From Gemmatimonadota bacterium (GTDB lineage: Bacteria; Gemmatimonadota; Gemmatimonadetes; Palauibacterales; Palauibacteraceae): DNA of 64,000 nucleotides. Numbering within the stretch: position 1 is the first letter of the stretch; each line of letters begins with the position of its first letter. Below are positions 10,551-21,529 of this stretch, in pieces. The translations under genes were made by a program, and so were the position numbers. The notes beneath the pieces are model-generated. The model made no database searches, was not told the origin of the DNA, and saw nothing but the letters and a program-made list of their open reading frames with translations. The stretch covers positions 17,707 through 81,706 of the forward strand of contig JBDHAC010000003.1 in the NCBI GenBank assembly GCA_039588275.1, written 5' to 3'.

Positions 10551-12137
10551 ATGGCTGACGGGAACGATACGGTCACGCTGACCATCGACGGCGTCGAAGT
10601 CACGGTGCCCTCCGGCACCCGTGTCATCGAGGCTGCCGAGCGCGTCGGAGTCGTCGTCCCCCGGTATTGCTATCACCCCGGGATCCCGAGCCGTCCGGCC
10701 CAATGCCGAGTGTGTCTGGTCGAGGTGGAGGGACAGCCGAAGCTGCACCCCTCCTGCGTGCTTGAGGCCCAGGACGGGATGGAGGTTCGCACCGCGAGCG
10801 ACGCCGCCGAGCTCGCCCGCAAGTCGGTGATCGAGTTCCTCCTCGTGAACCACCCGCTCGACTGTCCGATCTGCGACGCGGCCGGCCAGTGCATGCTCCA
10901 GGACTACGCCTACGAGACGCACCAGCTGCAGAGCCGCCTCGACGAAGAGAAGCAGGTGATGGGCCGCGATCGTATCGCGGAGGACATCCTGTATTTCGCG
11001 GACCGCTGCATCATCTGCACACGCTGCGTGCGTTTCATGAGGGACGTGGCCGACGACGACGCTCTGATCGTCGCGCAGCGCGGACACAAGGCGTACATCG
11101 ACACGTTCCCCGGGCGTGAGCTCGACAACCCGTTCCAGGGCAACGTCGTCGATGTGTGCCCGGTCGGCGCCCTCGTGCACGAGGACTTCATCTTCAAGGC
11201 GCGGTCCTGGGATCTCGACAAGACTCCCTCCATCTGCCCCGGCTGCTCGACGGGTTGCAACGTCACGATCGACACGAAGGAGAATCAGATCGTTCGGCTC
11301 AAGCCACGACACAACGCCGACGTGAACTCCTACTGGATGTGCGATCACGGCAGGAAGCACCTGGTGATGTCGAATCGGGGCATCCGCGCGGAAGTACCCC
11401 TGATCCGCACGAACGGACGCCTGGCTCCAGCTGACTGGAAGACCGCCCTGGGCTGGGTGACGGACAGGCTGGGTGAGCTCGACGACGGGACCGGCGGTCT
11501 GGCGGTCGTCTCCGCGGGGGCCAGCAACGAGAGCCTGTTCTACCTGTCCGCGCTCGCGCGCCACCTCGGGGTCGGACGGACCATGTATCGCGTGGCGCAG
11601 GGCGAGACGGCGACGCTGCCCGGCTTCCCGAAGCTGGAGCTCCGGGCGGATCGCGCACCGAACGCCGCAGGGGCCGAGCTACTGGGCGCCGAGCGCGCAC
11701 CGGAGCAGCCCGGATCGCCCTCGGGCGCGCCCCTCATCGTGCTCGAGGACTCGCTCTCGGATGCTCCCGATGACTTCGGGTCCGATGCCTCCTTCTTCCT
11801 CTATCTTGGGACCCGACTCCCGCGCGGTGCCCGTGAGGCGGACGCGGTCCTCCCCGTTACGTCGTTCACGGAGATGGAGGGCACCTTCACGAACTTCGAG
11901 GGCAGGGTTCAGCGCTTTCGACAGGCGCTGCAGCCGCCGGGGATCGCGAGACCGGCGTGGCTGGTGTTGAGCCGCTTGTTGGCAGGGCTGGGAGTCGGCG
12001 AGACCGCGATGGACGTGCGCAGCGCCTTCGGCGTGATGGTGGGTGAATTGCCCGCGCTCGGGGACCTGGATTGGGACCGCCTCGGGCTGAGGGGGGCACC
12101 TGTAAAGTCGGCCGCAACGGCAGCGGCGGAGGGCTAG
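10551..12137 (+). CDS. nuoG: NADH-quinone oxidoreductase subunit G (short, 528 aa)
   Basis: 2Fe-2S and HPLDCPICDAAGQC, CIICTRCVRF cluster motifs. ATG at 10551 chosen as the MADGN start, inside the longer 10443 ORF. Confidence 0.8.
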   Translation: MADGNDTVTLTIDGVEVTVPSGTRVIEAAERVGVVVPRYCYHPGIPSRPAQCRVCLVEVEGQPKLHPSCVLEAQDGMEVRTASDAAELARKSVIEFLLVNHPLDCPICDAAGQCMLQDYAYETHQLQSRLDEEKQVMGRDRIAEDILYFADRCIICTRCVRFMRDVADDDALIVAQRGHKAYIDTFPGRELDNPFQGNVVDVCPVGALVHEDFIFKARSWDLDKTPSICPGCSTGCNVTIDTKENQIVRLKPRHNADVNSYWMCDHGRKHLVMSNRGIRAEVPLIRTNGRLAPADWKTALGWVTDRLGELDDGTGGLAVVSAGASNESLFYLSALARHLGVGRTMYRVAQGETATLPGFPKLELRADRAPNAAGAELLGAERAPEQPGSPSGAPLIVLEDSLSDAPDDFGSDASFFLYLGTRLPRGAREADAVLPVTSFTEMEGTFTNFEGRVQRFRQALQPPGIARPAWLVLSRLLAGLGVGETAMDVRSAFGVMVGELPALGDLDWDRLGLRGAPVKSAATAAAEG

Positions 12138-13421
12138 GTGGATCCGGTCAGAGGGACCGCGTTCGTGTGGTTCACGGCCGGCAAGGCGGTCGTGTTCTTC
12201 ACGGTGCTGTTCTTGATCGTGGCCCTGGCGACGATGGCTGAACGCAAGGTGGCCGGGTTCATCCAGGACCGCAGCGGTCCGAATCGAGTGGGGCCGTGGG
12301 GACTGTTCCAGGTCGTCGCGGACGGCATCAAGAACCTCCTCAAAGAGGAGACGATGCCGGCGCAGGCGGTTCGGCCCTTCTTCCTGCTCGCTCCGGCGAT
12401 CGCGATGATCCCGGCCACGATCCTGTTTGCCGTACTCCCGTTCGCGTCTCCGCTCCCAACCCAATGGGGCTTGGTCGAGATGATCGTGGCGGATGTCCCG
12501 ATCGGATTCTTGTGGGTGCTGGCGATCGGCTCCCTCGGGGTGTACGGCGTCGTCATGGCGGGGTGGGCGTCGGGCAGCAAGTACGCGTTCCTCGGAGGAC
12601 TGCGCGGTTCCGCGCAGATGATCAGTTACGAGGTGGCGCTCGCGCTCAGCCTCGTTCCTCTCATCCTGCTCGCGGGCGAGGTGCGGGTTCCGGAGCTTGT
12701 CGCCATGCAACAGAGCTTCGGCGACGGACCGGCGACCCTGTCTGTGTGGATGATCCTGCCGCTGCTCATGGGGGCGTTCTTCTTCTTCATCTCCGCGCTG
12801 GCGGAGACCAACCGGCTCCCGTTCGACCTGCCGGAGGCGGAGGCCGAGCTCGTCACCGGGTACCACACGGAGTACTCGGCCATGAAGTTCGCCATGTTCA
12901 TGTTGGGCGAGTTCTTCCACATCATCACCGTGGCGGCCCTGGTGACGGTCTTCTTCCTGGGTGGGTGGGACATCCCGTTTTGGGCCGGGGACAACATCCG
13001 CGTGCTGTCGGACGGGACCGTGATCGGGGATCCGACCTGGTGGAAGACGCTGCTCACGGCGGGTGTGTTCGCGATCAAGATGAGCATCATCATCGTGCTG
13101 TTCATTTGGATCCGATGGACGCTCCCCCGGTTCCGGTACGATCAGTTGATGGACCTGGGCTGGAAGTTCCTGCTCGAGGCGGTAACGGTCTACATCCTCA
13201 TCATCGCGCTCGCAGTCCTGGTCATCGAAGGTGCGGGGATCCAGATGGGTCCCGTTTACGCCGCGATTCTATTCGGATTGAACGTCATACTCGCCGTGCT
13301 GGTCTTCTTCGTCCTGGATCGGGGGGTGCTCATTCGAGGTGGCAACTACCGCACCAAGCTCGAAGAGCGGAAACGAGCCGTCGAGGGGCAGCGAGCGGCG
13401 CAGGAAGGAGAGGTCGCTTGA
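12138..13421 (+). CDS. nuoH: NADH-quinone oxidoreductase subunit H
   Basis: AERKVAGFIQDRSGPNRVGPWGLFQ motif and multiple TM helices. Confidence 0.9.
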   Translation: MDPVRGTAFVWFTAGKAVVFFTVLFLIVALATMAERKVAGFIQDRSGPNRVGPWGLFQVVADGIKNLLKEETMPAQAVRPFFLLAPAIAMIPATILFAVLPFASPLPTQWGLVEMIVADVPIGFLWVLAIGSLGVYGVVMAGWASGSKYAFLGGLRGSAQMISYEVALALSLVPLILLAGEVRVPELVAMQQSFGDGPATLSVWMILPLLMGAFFFFISALAETNRLPFDLPEAEAELVTGYHTEYSAMKFAMFMLGEFFHIITVAALVTVFFLGGWDIPFWAGDNIRVLSDGTVIGDPTWWKTLLTAGVFAIKMSIIIVLFIWIRWTLPRFRYDQLMDLGWKFLLEAVTVYILIIALAVLVIEGAGIQMGPVYAAILFGLNVILAVLVFFVLDRGVLIRGGNYRTKLEERKRAVEGQRAAQEGEVA

Positions 13422-13436
13422 TTCGGGGAGGTCGTC

Positions 13437-13934
13437 GTGCCCGGTGACGTAAAGGTCGTTCAACGCCCCGAGGAGGGCGGCTCCTACGTGCGCGCGGCCA
13501 TGAAGGGAATGGGCGTGACGCTTCGGCACATGGTAAACCCACGCAAAGTCACGCAGCAGTACCCGGATGAGAAGTGGGAACTGGCGCCACGCGTTCGCGG
13601 GACCCACCGCATGGCCACGCACGAGGACGGCCGTGCCAAGTGTGTGGCCTGCGGCCTGTGTCCGACCGTCTGCCCGGTCAACTGCATTAAGCTCATTCCG
13701 GCGGAGGATGAGAACGGCGAGCGCTACGCCGCCGTCTACGAGATCGACGAGTTCCGCTGCATCTTCTGCGGATTCTGTCAGGAGGTTTGCCCGGTGGAGG
13801 CGATCCACCTGGGCGTGCACTACGAGAACGCCGAATACACGCGCGAGCGCTGGGTCTACGATCTGGAGCGACTCTGCGAGCAGGACCATCCGTACACCGG
13901 CCTTTGGGAGCCGTCGGATCCGGCCTCGGAATGA
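13437..13934 (+). CDS. nuoI: NADH-quinone oxidoreductase subunit I
   Basis: Two CxxCxxCxxxCP ferredoxin motifs. GTG start with ggggagg RBS. Confidence 0.9.
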   Translation: MPGDVKVVQRPEEGGSYVRAAMKGMGVTLRHMVNPRKVTQQYPDEKWELAPRVRGTHRMATHEDGRAKCVACGLCPTVCPVNCIKLIPAEDENGERYAAVYEIDEFRCIFCGFCQEVCPVEAIHLGVHYENAEYTRERWVYDLERLCEQDHPYTGLWEPSDPASE

Positions 13935-14458
13935 TTCAGGAATTCGTCTTCTTCCTGTTCGCGGCCGGCGCCGTCCTGGGCTCCATCCTGATGGTGACGC
14001 GTCGGAATCCGGTGGCCAGCGCGATCTTCTTGATTGCGGTCTTCTTCTGCGTCTCGGGCCTGTTCCTGCTCCTCGAGGCACACTTCATCGCGGTCCTCAA
14101 CGTCATCCTGTACGCGGGCGCGATCATGGTGCTGTTCCTCTTCGTGATCATGCTCCTGAACCTCGGTCATGCGACGTGGCGCGACCTGAGGGGCCCGTTC
14201 GGGGCGTTGGTCGTTGGCTCGGTCGCGGTCGCGTTTCTGGGAGTCCTGACCCGGTTCCTGTTCGGTGGCGGAGAGCCGGTGGTGGGGGGCACGCCAGCGG
14301 GTGAGGCCCTCCAAGCCGCGGCGGCCGAGGAAGGCGTCGTGCGTGTGGTGGCGGAGCCGCTGTTTCGCGACTACACGGTTCCGTTCGAGATCGCGGGCCT
14401 GCTGCTGCTCGTCGCCATCGTGGGAACGATCCTGCTGGCGCGGAGGGAGACACCGTGA
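13931..14458 (+). CDS. nuoJ: NADH-quinone oxidoreductase subunit J
   Basis: ATG overlaps the nuoI stop (ATGA). Typical NuoJ TM profile. Confidence 0.8.
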   Translation: MIQEFVFFLFAAGAVLGSILMVTRRNPVASAIFLIAVFFCVSGLFLLLEAHFIAVLNVILYAGAIMVLFLFVIMLLNLGHATWRDLRGPFGALVVGSVAVAFLGVLTRFLFGGGEPVVGGTPAGEALQAAAAEEGVVRVVAEPLFRDYTVPFEIAGLLLLVAIVGTILLARRETP

Positions 14459-14766
14459 CCGGTCTGCCGCCGCTCGGTCCCGAAGCGCTCGTGCTGAGCG
14501 CGATCCTGTTCGTGATCGGCGTGGGCGGGGTACTCCTGCGCCGGAACGCGATCATCGTGTTCATGTGCATCGAGCTGATGCTCACCGCAGTCAATCTGAG
14601 CCTCGTCACCTTCTCCAGGGTCCACGGCGTACAGGGGCAGCTGCTCGTCTTCTTCGTGATGGCAGTGGCGGCGGCCGAGGCCGCCGTCGGGCTCGCGATC
14701 ATCATCGCGATCTTCCGGCACTACGAGGTCGTGGATCTCGACCGCTTCCACCTCCTGAAATGGTGA
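14455..14766 (+). CDS. nuoK: NADH-quinone oxidoreductase subunit K
   Basis: 103 aa with three TM helices, [14 protein letters not shown] overlap with nuoJ. Confidence 0.85.
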   Translation: MTGLPPLGPEALVLSAILFVIGVGGVLLRRNAIIVFMCIELMLTAVNLSLVTFSRVHGVQGQLLVFFVMAVAAAEAAVGLAIIIAIFRHYEVVDLDRFHLLKW

Positions 14767-14773
14767 TGGGAAC

Positions 14774-16849
14774 GTGATCGGCTGGGCGGCGGTGTTGAAC
14801 GGGATGCTCGTTCAGGAGCACGTCCAGGAGGGCGCGGCGGCCGCGTTCGAGCCTGTCCTGCCCGCTCTGATCCTCGCGCTCCCGCTGCTCGGGGCGATCG
14901 TCAACGGAATCGGCGCTTTTCGGTGGCGGAAGAACGTGACGATTCCGAGCCTGGTCGGACCTCTCACGGTGCTCGCCGCGTTCGTCGTCGTGCTGGTCAA
15001 CTTCTTCGCGATGCGCGCGGCCGCCCCGCACGATCCGACGATCGCGCACCTGTGGACGTGGATGTCATCCGGCGACCTGCGGGTCGGCGTCGACCTGCAG
15101 TTCGACCAGCTGTCGCTCCTCATGTGTCTCGTCGTCACCGGCGTCGGCGGGATCATCCACGTCTACAGCGTCGGGTACATGCGCGACGATCCCGGCTACT
15201 CGCGCTACTTCTCGTACCTGAACCTGTTCGTCTTCTTCATGCTCGTGCTCGTCATGGGCGCCAGCCTCCCCGTGATGTTCATCGGCTGGGAGGGCGTGGG
15301 TCTGTGCTCGTACCTGCTGATCGGGTTCTGGTACGAGAACCGGGAGTTCTCGAACGCCGGGAAGAAGGCGTTCATCGTCAACCGGATCGGGGACGCGGGC
15401 TTCCTGGTCGCGATGTTCCTCTTGTTCGTGACCTTCGGCACGCTGGATTTGGTCCCCATCTTCGCCCAGGCGCCGGCGACGCTCGAGTACGGTGGGCTGC
15501 TGGTGACCGGGATCACGCTGCTCCTGTTCCTCGGGTGCGCCGGGAAGTCGGCCCAGATCCCGCTCTTCGTGTGGCTCCCCGACGCGATGGCGGGTCCGAC
15601 GCCCGTCTCCGCGCTTATTCATGCGGCCACGATGGTGACCGCGGGCGTGTACCTCGTGGCCCGCGCCGGCGTGTTGTTCGCGCTCGCGCCGGTCTCGCAG
15701 GCCGTCGTGGCGGCGGTGGGCATCGGCACGGCGCTGTTCGCCGCGACGATCGCCATCCAGCAGTACGACATCAAGAAGGTGCTGGCGTACAGCACCATCT
15801 CGCAGCTCGGGTACATGTTCCTCGCGGTCGGCGTCGGCGCCTTCACGGCGGGGATCTTCCACCTCATGACGCACGCCTTCTTCAAGGCGCTCCTCTTCCT
15901 CGGCGCGGGCGCGGTGATCCACTCGGTGCACCACGCGTGGGATCACGCGGATGTGCACGGCGACCCGAACGACATGCGCAACTACGGGGCGCTTCGCCGC
16001 TTCATGCCGATCACGTGGATCACCATGTGGATCGCGACGCTCGCGATCTCCGGCGTCTTCCCGTTCGCGGGCTTCTTCTCGAAGGACGAGATCATCTGGT
16101 CTGCCGGCGCCTACGGGTACCCGATCCTGTGGGTCGTCGCGATCGCCACCGCGATCCTCACCGCCACATACATGACCCGGCTGATGGTCATGACCTTTCA
16201 TGGGCAAAACCGGACGTTCGGGAGCCCCGGCGAGGTCTCCGGGCACGATTTGAAGGGTCGCCACCTGCACGAGGCGCCGGCGGTCATGTGGGTACCGCTC
16301 GTGATCCTGGCGGTCCTGTCGGTCGTGGGTGGCTGGGTCAACATCCCGGAGGCGCTTCCGCTCCCACACATCGAGGCACTGCACCACTGGCTCGAGCCGG
16401 TGTTCGAGCCGGCACGTGCGGTCGCGGCGGGGGTGGGGATCGAGGCCGCGCACGCGTCGCCGATCGGAGGAGGCGAGGCGATGTGGGCGGCCCTGTCGGT
16501 GCTCGCGGCGCTGGTCGCGATCGTCCTCACGCTACGGGCCCTGGCTCCTCGCGCCTACCGGCCGGCGGCGGAGTCTCCGGAGCCGGCCGGGTTCGCGCGG
16601 GTGCTGTATCGCAAGTGGTATGTGGATGAGCTCTACGACCGTCTCGTCGTTCGACCCCTGCTGGCGCTGTGGCGCGGTTGCTGGAAGATCGTCGACGATC
16701 GTCTGATCGACGGTACCATAAACGGGCTGGGTAATGCGGCGCGCATGTTCGGATGGATGGGCGGGCAGCTTCAGAGCGGCCGCGTGACAACGTATCTCGT
16801 CATTTTCATGCTGGGGACGCTACTCGTCCTCGGTGTCCTGGCGGGGTGA
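14774..16849 (+). CDS. nuoL: NADH-quinone oxidoreductase subunit L
   Basis: 691 aa antiporter-like subunit with a long C-terminal horizontal-helix region. Confidence 0.85.
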   Translation: MIGWAAVLNGMLVQEHVQEGAAAAFEPVLPALILALPLLGAIVNGIGAFRWRKNVTIPSLVGPLTVLAAFVVVLVNFFAMRAAAPHDPTIAHLWTWMSSGDLRVGVDLQFDQLSLLMCLVVTGVGGIIHVYSVGYMRDDPGYSRYFSYLNLFVFFMLVLVMGASLPVMFIGWEGVGLCSYLLIGFWYENREFSNAGKKAFIVNRIGDAGFLVAMFLLFVTFGTLDLVPIFAQAPATLEYGGLLVTGITLLLFLGCAGKSAQIPLFVWLPDAMAGPTPVSALIHAATMVTAGVYLVARAGVLFALAPVSQAVVAAVGIGTALFAATIAIQQYDIKKVLAYSTISQLGYMFLAVGVGAFTAGIFHLMTHAFFKALLFLGAGAVIHSVHHAWDHADVHGDPNDMRNYGALRRFMPITWITMWIATLAISGVFPFAGFFSKDEIIWSAGAYGYPILWVVAIATAILTATYMTRLMVMTFHGQNRTFGSPGEVSGHDLKGRHLHEAPAVMWVPLVILAVLSVVGGWVNIPEALPLPHIEALHHWLEPVFEPARAVAAGVGIEAAHASPIGGGEAMWAALSVLAALVAIVLTLRALAPRAYRPAAESPEPAGFARVLYRKWYVDELYDRLVVRPLLALWRGCWKIVDDRLIDGTINGLGNAARMFGWMGGQLQSGRVTTYLVIFMLGTLLVLGVLAG

Positions 16850-16853
16850 AGAC

Positions 16854-18512
16854 ATGAGCCTGTACGAGTCGCACTGGGCGCTCACGCTGCTGCTGCTGGT
16901 CCCGATGGTCGGGGCCGTGGCCTGCTTCCTCGGACCGGAGGCACGGGCAAAGGGAGTGGCGCTCGTAACCACGGTCGTGGCCTTCCTGCTATCGCTGCCC
17001 CTCTTCTGGAGCTTCGATACCGGGACGGCGGCGTTCCAGAACCACGTGTCTACCGCCTGGATCGAATCGTGGGGGATCCGCTACGCGGTGGGGGTGGACG
17101 GGATCTCGCTCCTGATGGTCCTGCTCACGACGTTCATCATGCCCATCTCGGTGGCGGGATCCTTCAGCTACATCAAGAAGCGCGAGCGCGCGTTCTACGG
17201 GATGATGCTGATCCTCATGACCGGCATGATCGGGACGTTCGTGGCGCTCGACCTGTTCTTGTTCTACGTGTTCTGGGAGCTGATGCTGATCCCGATGTAC
17301 TTCCTGATCGGGATCTGGGGCGGCGAACGGCGGATCTATTCGGCGGTCAAGTTCTTCCTGTATACGGCTGCCGGGTCGCTGCTCATGCTGGTTGCGATCG
17401 TGGTCCTCGTGTTCATGCACAACGAGGCGTTCGGCGTTCCCAGCTTCGGGTACGAGGACTTGCTCCGTCTGGAGATTCCCGGCACTCCGCAGCTGTGGCT
17501 GTTCGGGGCGTTCGGGTTGGCGTTCGCGGTCAAAGTGCCGATCTTCCCGCTCCACACCTGGCTCCCGGACGCCCACGTCGAGGCGCCGACCGCGGGGTCT
17601 GTGATCCTCGCCGGCATCCTCCTGAAGATGGGCATCTACGGCTTCCTTCGGTTCAGCGTGCCCCTCTTCCCGCTCGCCGCGACCGACCCGACGGTGTTGG
17701 GGGCGATGCTGACGCTGGGGCTGGTGGGTATCCTGTACGCGGCGTGGGTCGCCGCCGTACAGCCAGATGCGAAGAAGCTCATCGCGTACACGTCCGTCGC
17801 CCACCTCGGCTTCGTGGTGATCGGCGTCTTCGGCTTCACGGTGCAGGGTCTAGAGGGTGGAATCCTGCAGATGGTGAACCACGGCATCTCGACCGGCGCA
17901 CTGTTCCTGCTCGTCGGCATGCTCTACGAGCGCCGGCACACGCGGCTGATCTCCGAGTTCGGCGGGATCGCGCGCCGCATGCCGTTCTTCGCGTTCACCC
18001 TCGTCGTGGTCGCTCTCAGCTCGATCGGCCTTCCCGGCACGAACGGCTTCGTCGGTGAGTTCCTGATCCTGGTCGGGACGTTCCGCACGCACCCGGTGCT
18101 CGTCGCCGTCGCCACGACGGGCGTGATCTTCGCGGCCTGCTACATGCTTCCGATGGTTCAGCGGGTCCTGTTCAACCCGCTGGACCGCGACGAGAACAAG
18201 GAGCTCACCGATCTGTCCCCGCGCGAGCGGGCCATCCTCGTGCCCATGCTGGCGCTGATCCTGCTGATCGGGGTCCTGCCGGGGCCGTTCCTGGACCGGA
18301 CCAGCGCATCGGTCGAGGCACTCCTGGAGCGCGTCGAGGCGCGAGGGCGACCGGTCGCGGCGGCCGTGGCGGTGCCGATCCGCCCGGAGATCTCGCTGCT
18401 GCCCGCTCCATCAGTCCCGTCCGAGGTGACCGGCGTTCGGGAGCCGGGGTTACCGGCCCGGCGCTCGCCTTCGAGGCGGGACCCGGCACGGCCGGGCCGG
18501 GAAGGGGAGTGA
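16854..18512 (+). CDS. nuoM: NADH-quinone oxidoreductase subunit M
   Basis: Antiporter-like subunit. ATG at 16854 (MSLYES) chosen because it lies just after the nuoL stop. The ORF extends back to 16833. Confidence 0.85.
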   Translation: MSLYESHWALTLLLLVPMVGAVACFLGPEARAKGVALVTTVVAFLLSLPLFWSFDTGTAAFQNHVSTAWIESWGIRYAVGVDGISLLMVLLTTFIMPISVAGSFSYIKKRERAFYGMMLILMTGMIGTFVALDLFLFYVFWELMLIPMYFLIGIWGGERRIYSAVKFFLYTAAGSLLMLVAIVVLVFMHNEAFGVPSFGYEDLLRLEIPGTPQLWLFGAFGLAFAVKVPIFPLHTWLPDAHVEAPTAGSVILAGILLKMGIYGFLRFSVPLFPLAATDPTVLGAMLTLGLVGILYAAWVAAVQPDAKKLIAYTSVAHLGFVVIGVFGFTVQGLEGGILQMVNHGISTGALFLLVGMLYERRHTRLISEFGGIARRMPFFAFTLVVVALSSIGLPGTNGFVGEFLILVGTFRTHPVLVAVATTGVIFAACYMLPMVQRVLFNPLDRDENKELTDLSPRERAILVPMLALILLIGVLPGPFLDRTSASVEALLERVEARGRPVAAAVAVPIRPEISLLPAPSVPSEVTGVREPGLPARRSPSRRDPARPGREGE

Positions 18513-18513
18513 G

Positions 18514-20094
18514 ATGAGCCCGCTCGACTTCTCGTCGCACGGCGACTACCTGATCGCTCTCCTCCCGGAGATGATCGTGGCGCTTACGGCCATGATCATC
18601 CTCATGGTCGACGTGTCCCGCCGCGGCCACAGAGGAGGCCAGAGCGGCGCCTGGGTGGGGCACCTGACCGTGTTCGGGGTCGTCCTGGCGTTCGTGGCGA
18701 ATGCCTGGCTGCTCGGCGCGACCGCCGCCGGCGACGGCGCCCTCGTGGCCGTCGACGCGTACCGGGTGGTGGCGAACTTCATCGTATTGGCGGCGACGCT
18801 ACTGACCGCCGCTTACGCTCAGGATTACCTGGAGCGGGAGGGGCTTCGGGTCGGCGAGTTCTACGCGCTGCTACTCCTCGCTTCAGTCGGGATGATGATC
18901 CTGGTCGCCGCGCGCGACCTGATCGTGCTGTTCATGGGTCTGGAGCTGATGTCGATCTCCGTGTACGTGCTGACAGGCTTCGCACGGCAGGATCCACGCT
19001 CCTCCGAGGCCGCGCTCAAGTATTTCATCGTCGGGGCCTTCGCGAGCGCCTTTCTGCTGTTCGGGATCGCATTGGTGTATGGTGCCGCGGGAAGCACGCA
19101 CCTCGGTTCGGTTGCCGGTCAGATCGCGGAGGCGAGCGCGAGCGGCGATCTCATTCTGACCGCCGGGATCGGGCTCTTGCTCATCGGGTTCGGCTTCAAG
19201 ATCGCCGCCGTGCCGTTCCATATGTGGACGCCCGACGCCTATCAAGGTGCCCCGACGCCAGTCACGGGCTACATGGCCACCGGAGTGAAGGCGGCCGCAT
19301 TCGTGGCGCTGCTGCGACTGCTCACGGTCGACCTCGCGGCGGCTACCCAGATCTGGCAGACCGCCGTGTGGTGGCTGGCGTTTCTGACCATGATCGTGCC
19401 CAACCTGGTCGCGTTGGCGCAGGACGACGTGAAGCGGATGCTGGCCTACTCCTCCGTGGCCCACGCCGGCTACCTGCTGATCGGGGTGATGGCGAGCTCG
19501 AGTTCGGGACGAGCCGCGGCCTTGTTCTACCTCGCGGCGTACACGCTCATGACGGTCGGGGCGTTCGCGATCGTCTATCACGTGGCGGGACGGGGTGACC
19601 GCAGATCCGGCCTCGCCGATTTCCGCGGCCTCGGCTGGCGGCGGCCGTGGATGGGTGTGGCACTGGTCGTCTTCCTCCTGTCGTTGGCGGGCTTCCCTCC
19701 GACGGCCGGGTTCATCGGCAAGCTGTTCCTGCTTCGGGCGGCCGTCGACGTGGGGCAAACGACGCTCGCGGTCACGCTCGTGCTCACCAGTCTGGTCGCC
19801 TACTACTACTACCTGCGGGTCGTGTGGAAGATGTACTTCGAGACGACCCCGTCCGAAGCTACCGCGATCCCGGGTCCAGGCGTGGGCTTCCGCCTCGCGA
19901 CCGGGATATGCGCGATCGGTCTGTTGCTCTTCGGCCTGTTCCCTCAGATGGCGCTACGCGGGATGCGTCGGGCGGCCGAGGATCTGACGCCGTCCGCGAT
20001 CGTTGCCAGTCCGGTCGAGGGCGCAGCCGGGACCACGGGCTCCCTCCCACCACGGGCCCTCGCCCCCGACCGCGCCGAGTCCACGGACCCCTGA
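18514..20094 (+). CDS. nuoN: NADH-quinone oxidoreductase subunit N
   Basis: Antiporter-like subunit and the last gene of the operon. Confidence 0.85.
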   Translation: MSPLDFSSHGDYLIALLPEMIVALTAMIILMVDVSRRGHRGGQSGAWVGHLTVFGVVLAFVANAWLLGATAAGDGALVAVDAYRVVANFIVLAATLLTAAYAQDYLEREGLRVGEFYALLLLASVGMMILVAARDLIVLFMGLELMSISVYVLTGFARQDPRSSEAALKYFIVGAFASAFLLFGIALVYGAAGSTHLGSVAGQIAEASASGDLILTAGIGLLLIGFGFKIAAVPFHMWTPDAYQGAPTPVTGYMATGVKAAAFVALLRLLTVDLAAATQIWQTAVWWLAFLTMIVPNLVALAQDDVKRMLAYSSVAHAGYLLIGVMASSSSGRAAALFYLAAYTLMTVGAFAIVYHVAGRGDRRSGLADFRGLGWRRPWMGVALVVFLLSLAGFPPTAGFIGKLFLLRAAVDVGQTTLAVTLVLTSLVAYYYYLRVVWKMYFETTPSEATAIPGPGVGFRLATGICAIGLLLFGLFPQMALRGMRRAAEDLTPSAIVASPVEGAAGTTGSLPPRALAPDRAESTDP

Positions 20095-20140
20095 CATCGC
20101 CGTCGCCCTTTCTCGGCGGTGGTCATCCCAGAGAGACGGA

Positions 20141-21517
20141 ATGGAAATACACGAAGGCATCTTCCGGGAATACGACATTCGCGGGATCGTGGGCGATGAT
20201 CTGACGACGGAGGTCGCCGAGGCGGTCGCGCTCGCGTTCGGTAGCGATCTGGCGGACCGTGACGCCCCCCGAGTGGTGGTCGGACACGACAACCGGCCCA
20301 GCTCTCCGGAGCTGGGGGAGGCGGTGTGTCGCGGGTTGAACCGGGCAGGTGCCGATGCGATCCACGTCGGGACCGTCCCGACGCCGGCCCTGTACTTCGC
20401 CGGCATCGAGCTGGCCGCCGACGCCGGGATCCAGATCACGGGCTCGCACAACCCTCCCGAGTACAACGGCATCAAGATGGTACGCGACAATCGTCCCATC
20501 TACGGCGAGCAGATCCAGGCGCTGCACCAGCGGATCGAGGCGAGCGACTACGCGAGCGGGAGCGGGGACACCGAGCGCCTCGATATCCTGGACCGATACG
20601 TGGAAGAGATCGTCGCACGCGGGAGCGTCGAGCCCGAGATCCGTATGGTCCTGGACTGCGGGAACGGGGCCGGTAGCGTCGTGGCGACACGGGCGCTCCG
20701 CGCGGCGGGCGTTGACGTGGACCCCCTGTACTGCGAGTCGGATGGCACGTTTCCGAATCACCACCCGGACCCCACCGTAGATGAGAACATCGTCGACCTC
20801 ATAGCGCGCGTTCGATCGACGGAGGCGGCGTTCGGCGTCGGGCTGGACGGCGACGCGGACAGAATCGGCGCCGTCACCGAGGAGGGGAGTATCGTACGCG
20901 GTGACCACCTCCTGCTTCTGTTCGCGCGGGAGGTGCTGCAGGACCACCCCGGGTCCGAGGTGATCTTCGATGTGAAATGCTCGCAGGCGCTCCCCGAGGT
21001 GATCGAAAGGGATGGCGGCATCCCGGTCATGTGGAAGACCGGCCACTCCCTGATCAAAGAGCGGATGCGCGCAACAAATGCTCCCATAGCAGGCGAGATG
21101 AGCGGGCATATATGCTTTGGTGACAGGTACTTTGGTACGGACGATGCGATCTATGCTGCAGCTCGTCTGGCCGGCCTGCTGGCGCGCAGCGGCCGCCCGT
21201 TCTCAGAACTGGCGGGAGAGATCCCGTCCTATCCATCCACGCCCGAACTGCGACTGGACTGTTCAGAGGACCGGAAGTTCGACGTCGTCGCCGACGCCGT
21301 GCGACACTATAAGAGCACACACGAAGTGATCGACATCGACGGGGTCCGCGTGCTGTTCGACGGGGGTTGGGCCCTGATTCGCGCGAGCAACACACAGCCC
21401 GTGATCGTCGCCCGGATCGAGGCGGACTCCGATGAGCGACTACGGGAGATCGGGGCCGAGATCGGGGCCTACCTTGCCGAGCAGGGTGTGATACTGCCGC
21501 CGCTCGAACCGAGCTGA
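20141..21517 (+). CDS. phosphomannomutase/phosphoglucomutase (alpha-D-phosphohexomutase family)
   Basis: Active-site loop TGSHNPPEYNGIK and Mg site GLDGDADR. ATG at 20141 (MEIHEG) lies inside the longer ORF. Confidence 0.85.
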   Translation: MEIHEGIFREYDIRGIVGDDLTTEVAEAVALAFGSDLADRDAPRVVVGHDNRPSSPELGEAVCRGLNRAGADAIHVGTVPTPALYFAGIELAADAGIQITGSHNPPEYNGIKMVRDNRPIYGEQIQALHQRIEASDYASGSGDTERLDILDRYVEEIVARGSVEPEIRMVLDCGNGAGSVVATRALRAAGVDVDPLYCESDGTFPNHHPDPTVDENIVDLIARVRSTEAAFGVGLDGDADRIGAVTEEGSIVRGDHLLLLFAREVLQDHPGSEVIFDVKCSQALPEVIERDGGIPVMWKTGHSLIKERMRATNAPIAGEMSGHICFGDRYFGTDDAIYAAARLAGLLARSGRPFSELAGEIPSYPSTPELRLDCSEDRKFDVVADAVRHYKSTHEVIDIDGVRVLFDGGWALIRASNTQPVIVARIEADSDERLREIGAEIGAYLAEQGVILPPLEPS

Positions 21518-21529
21518 CTGGAGCCGCCG

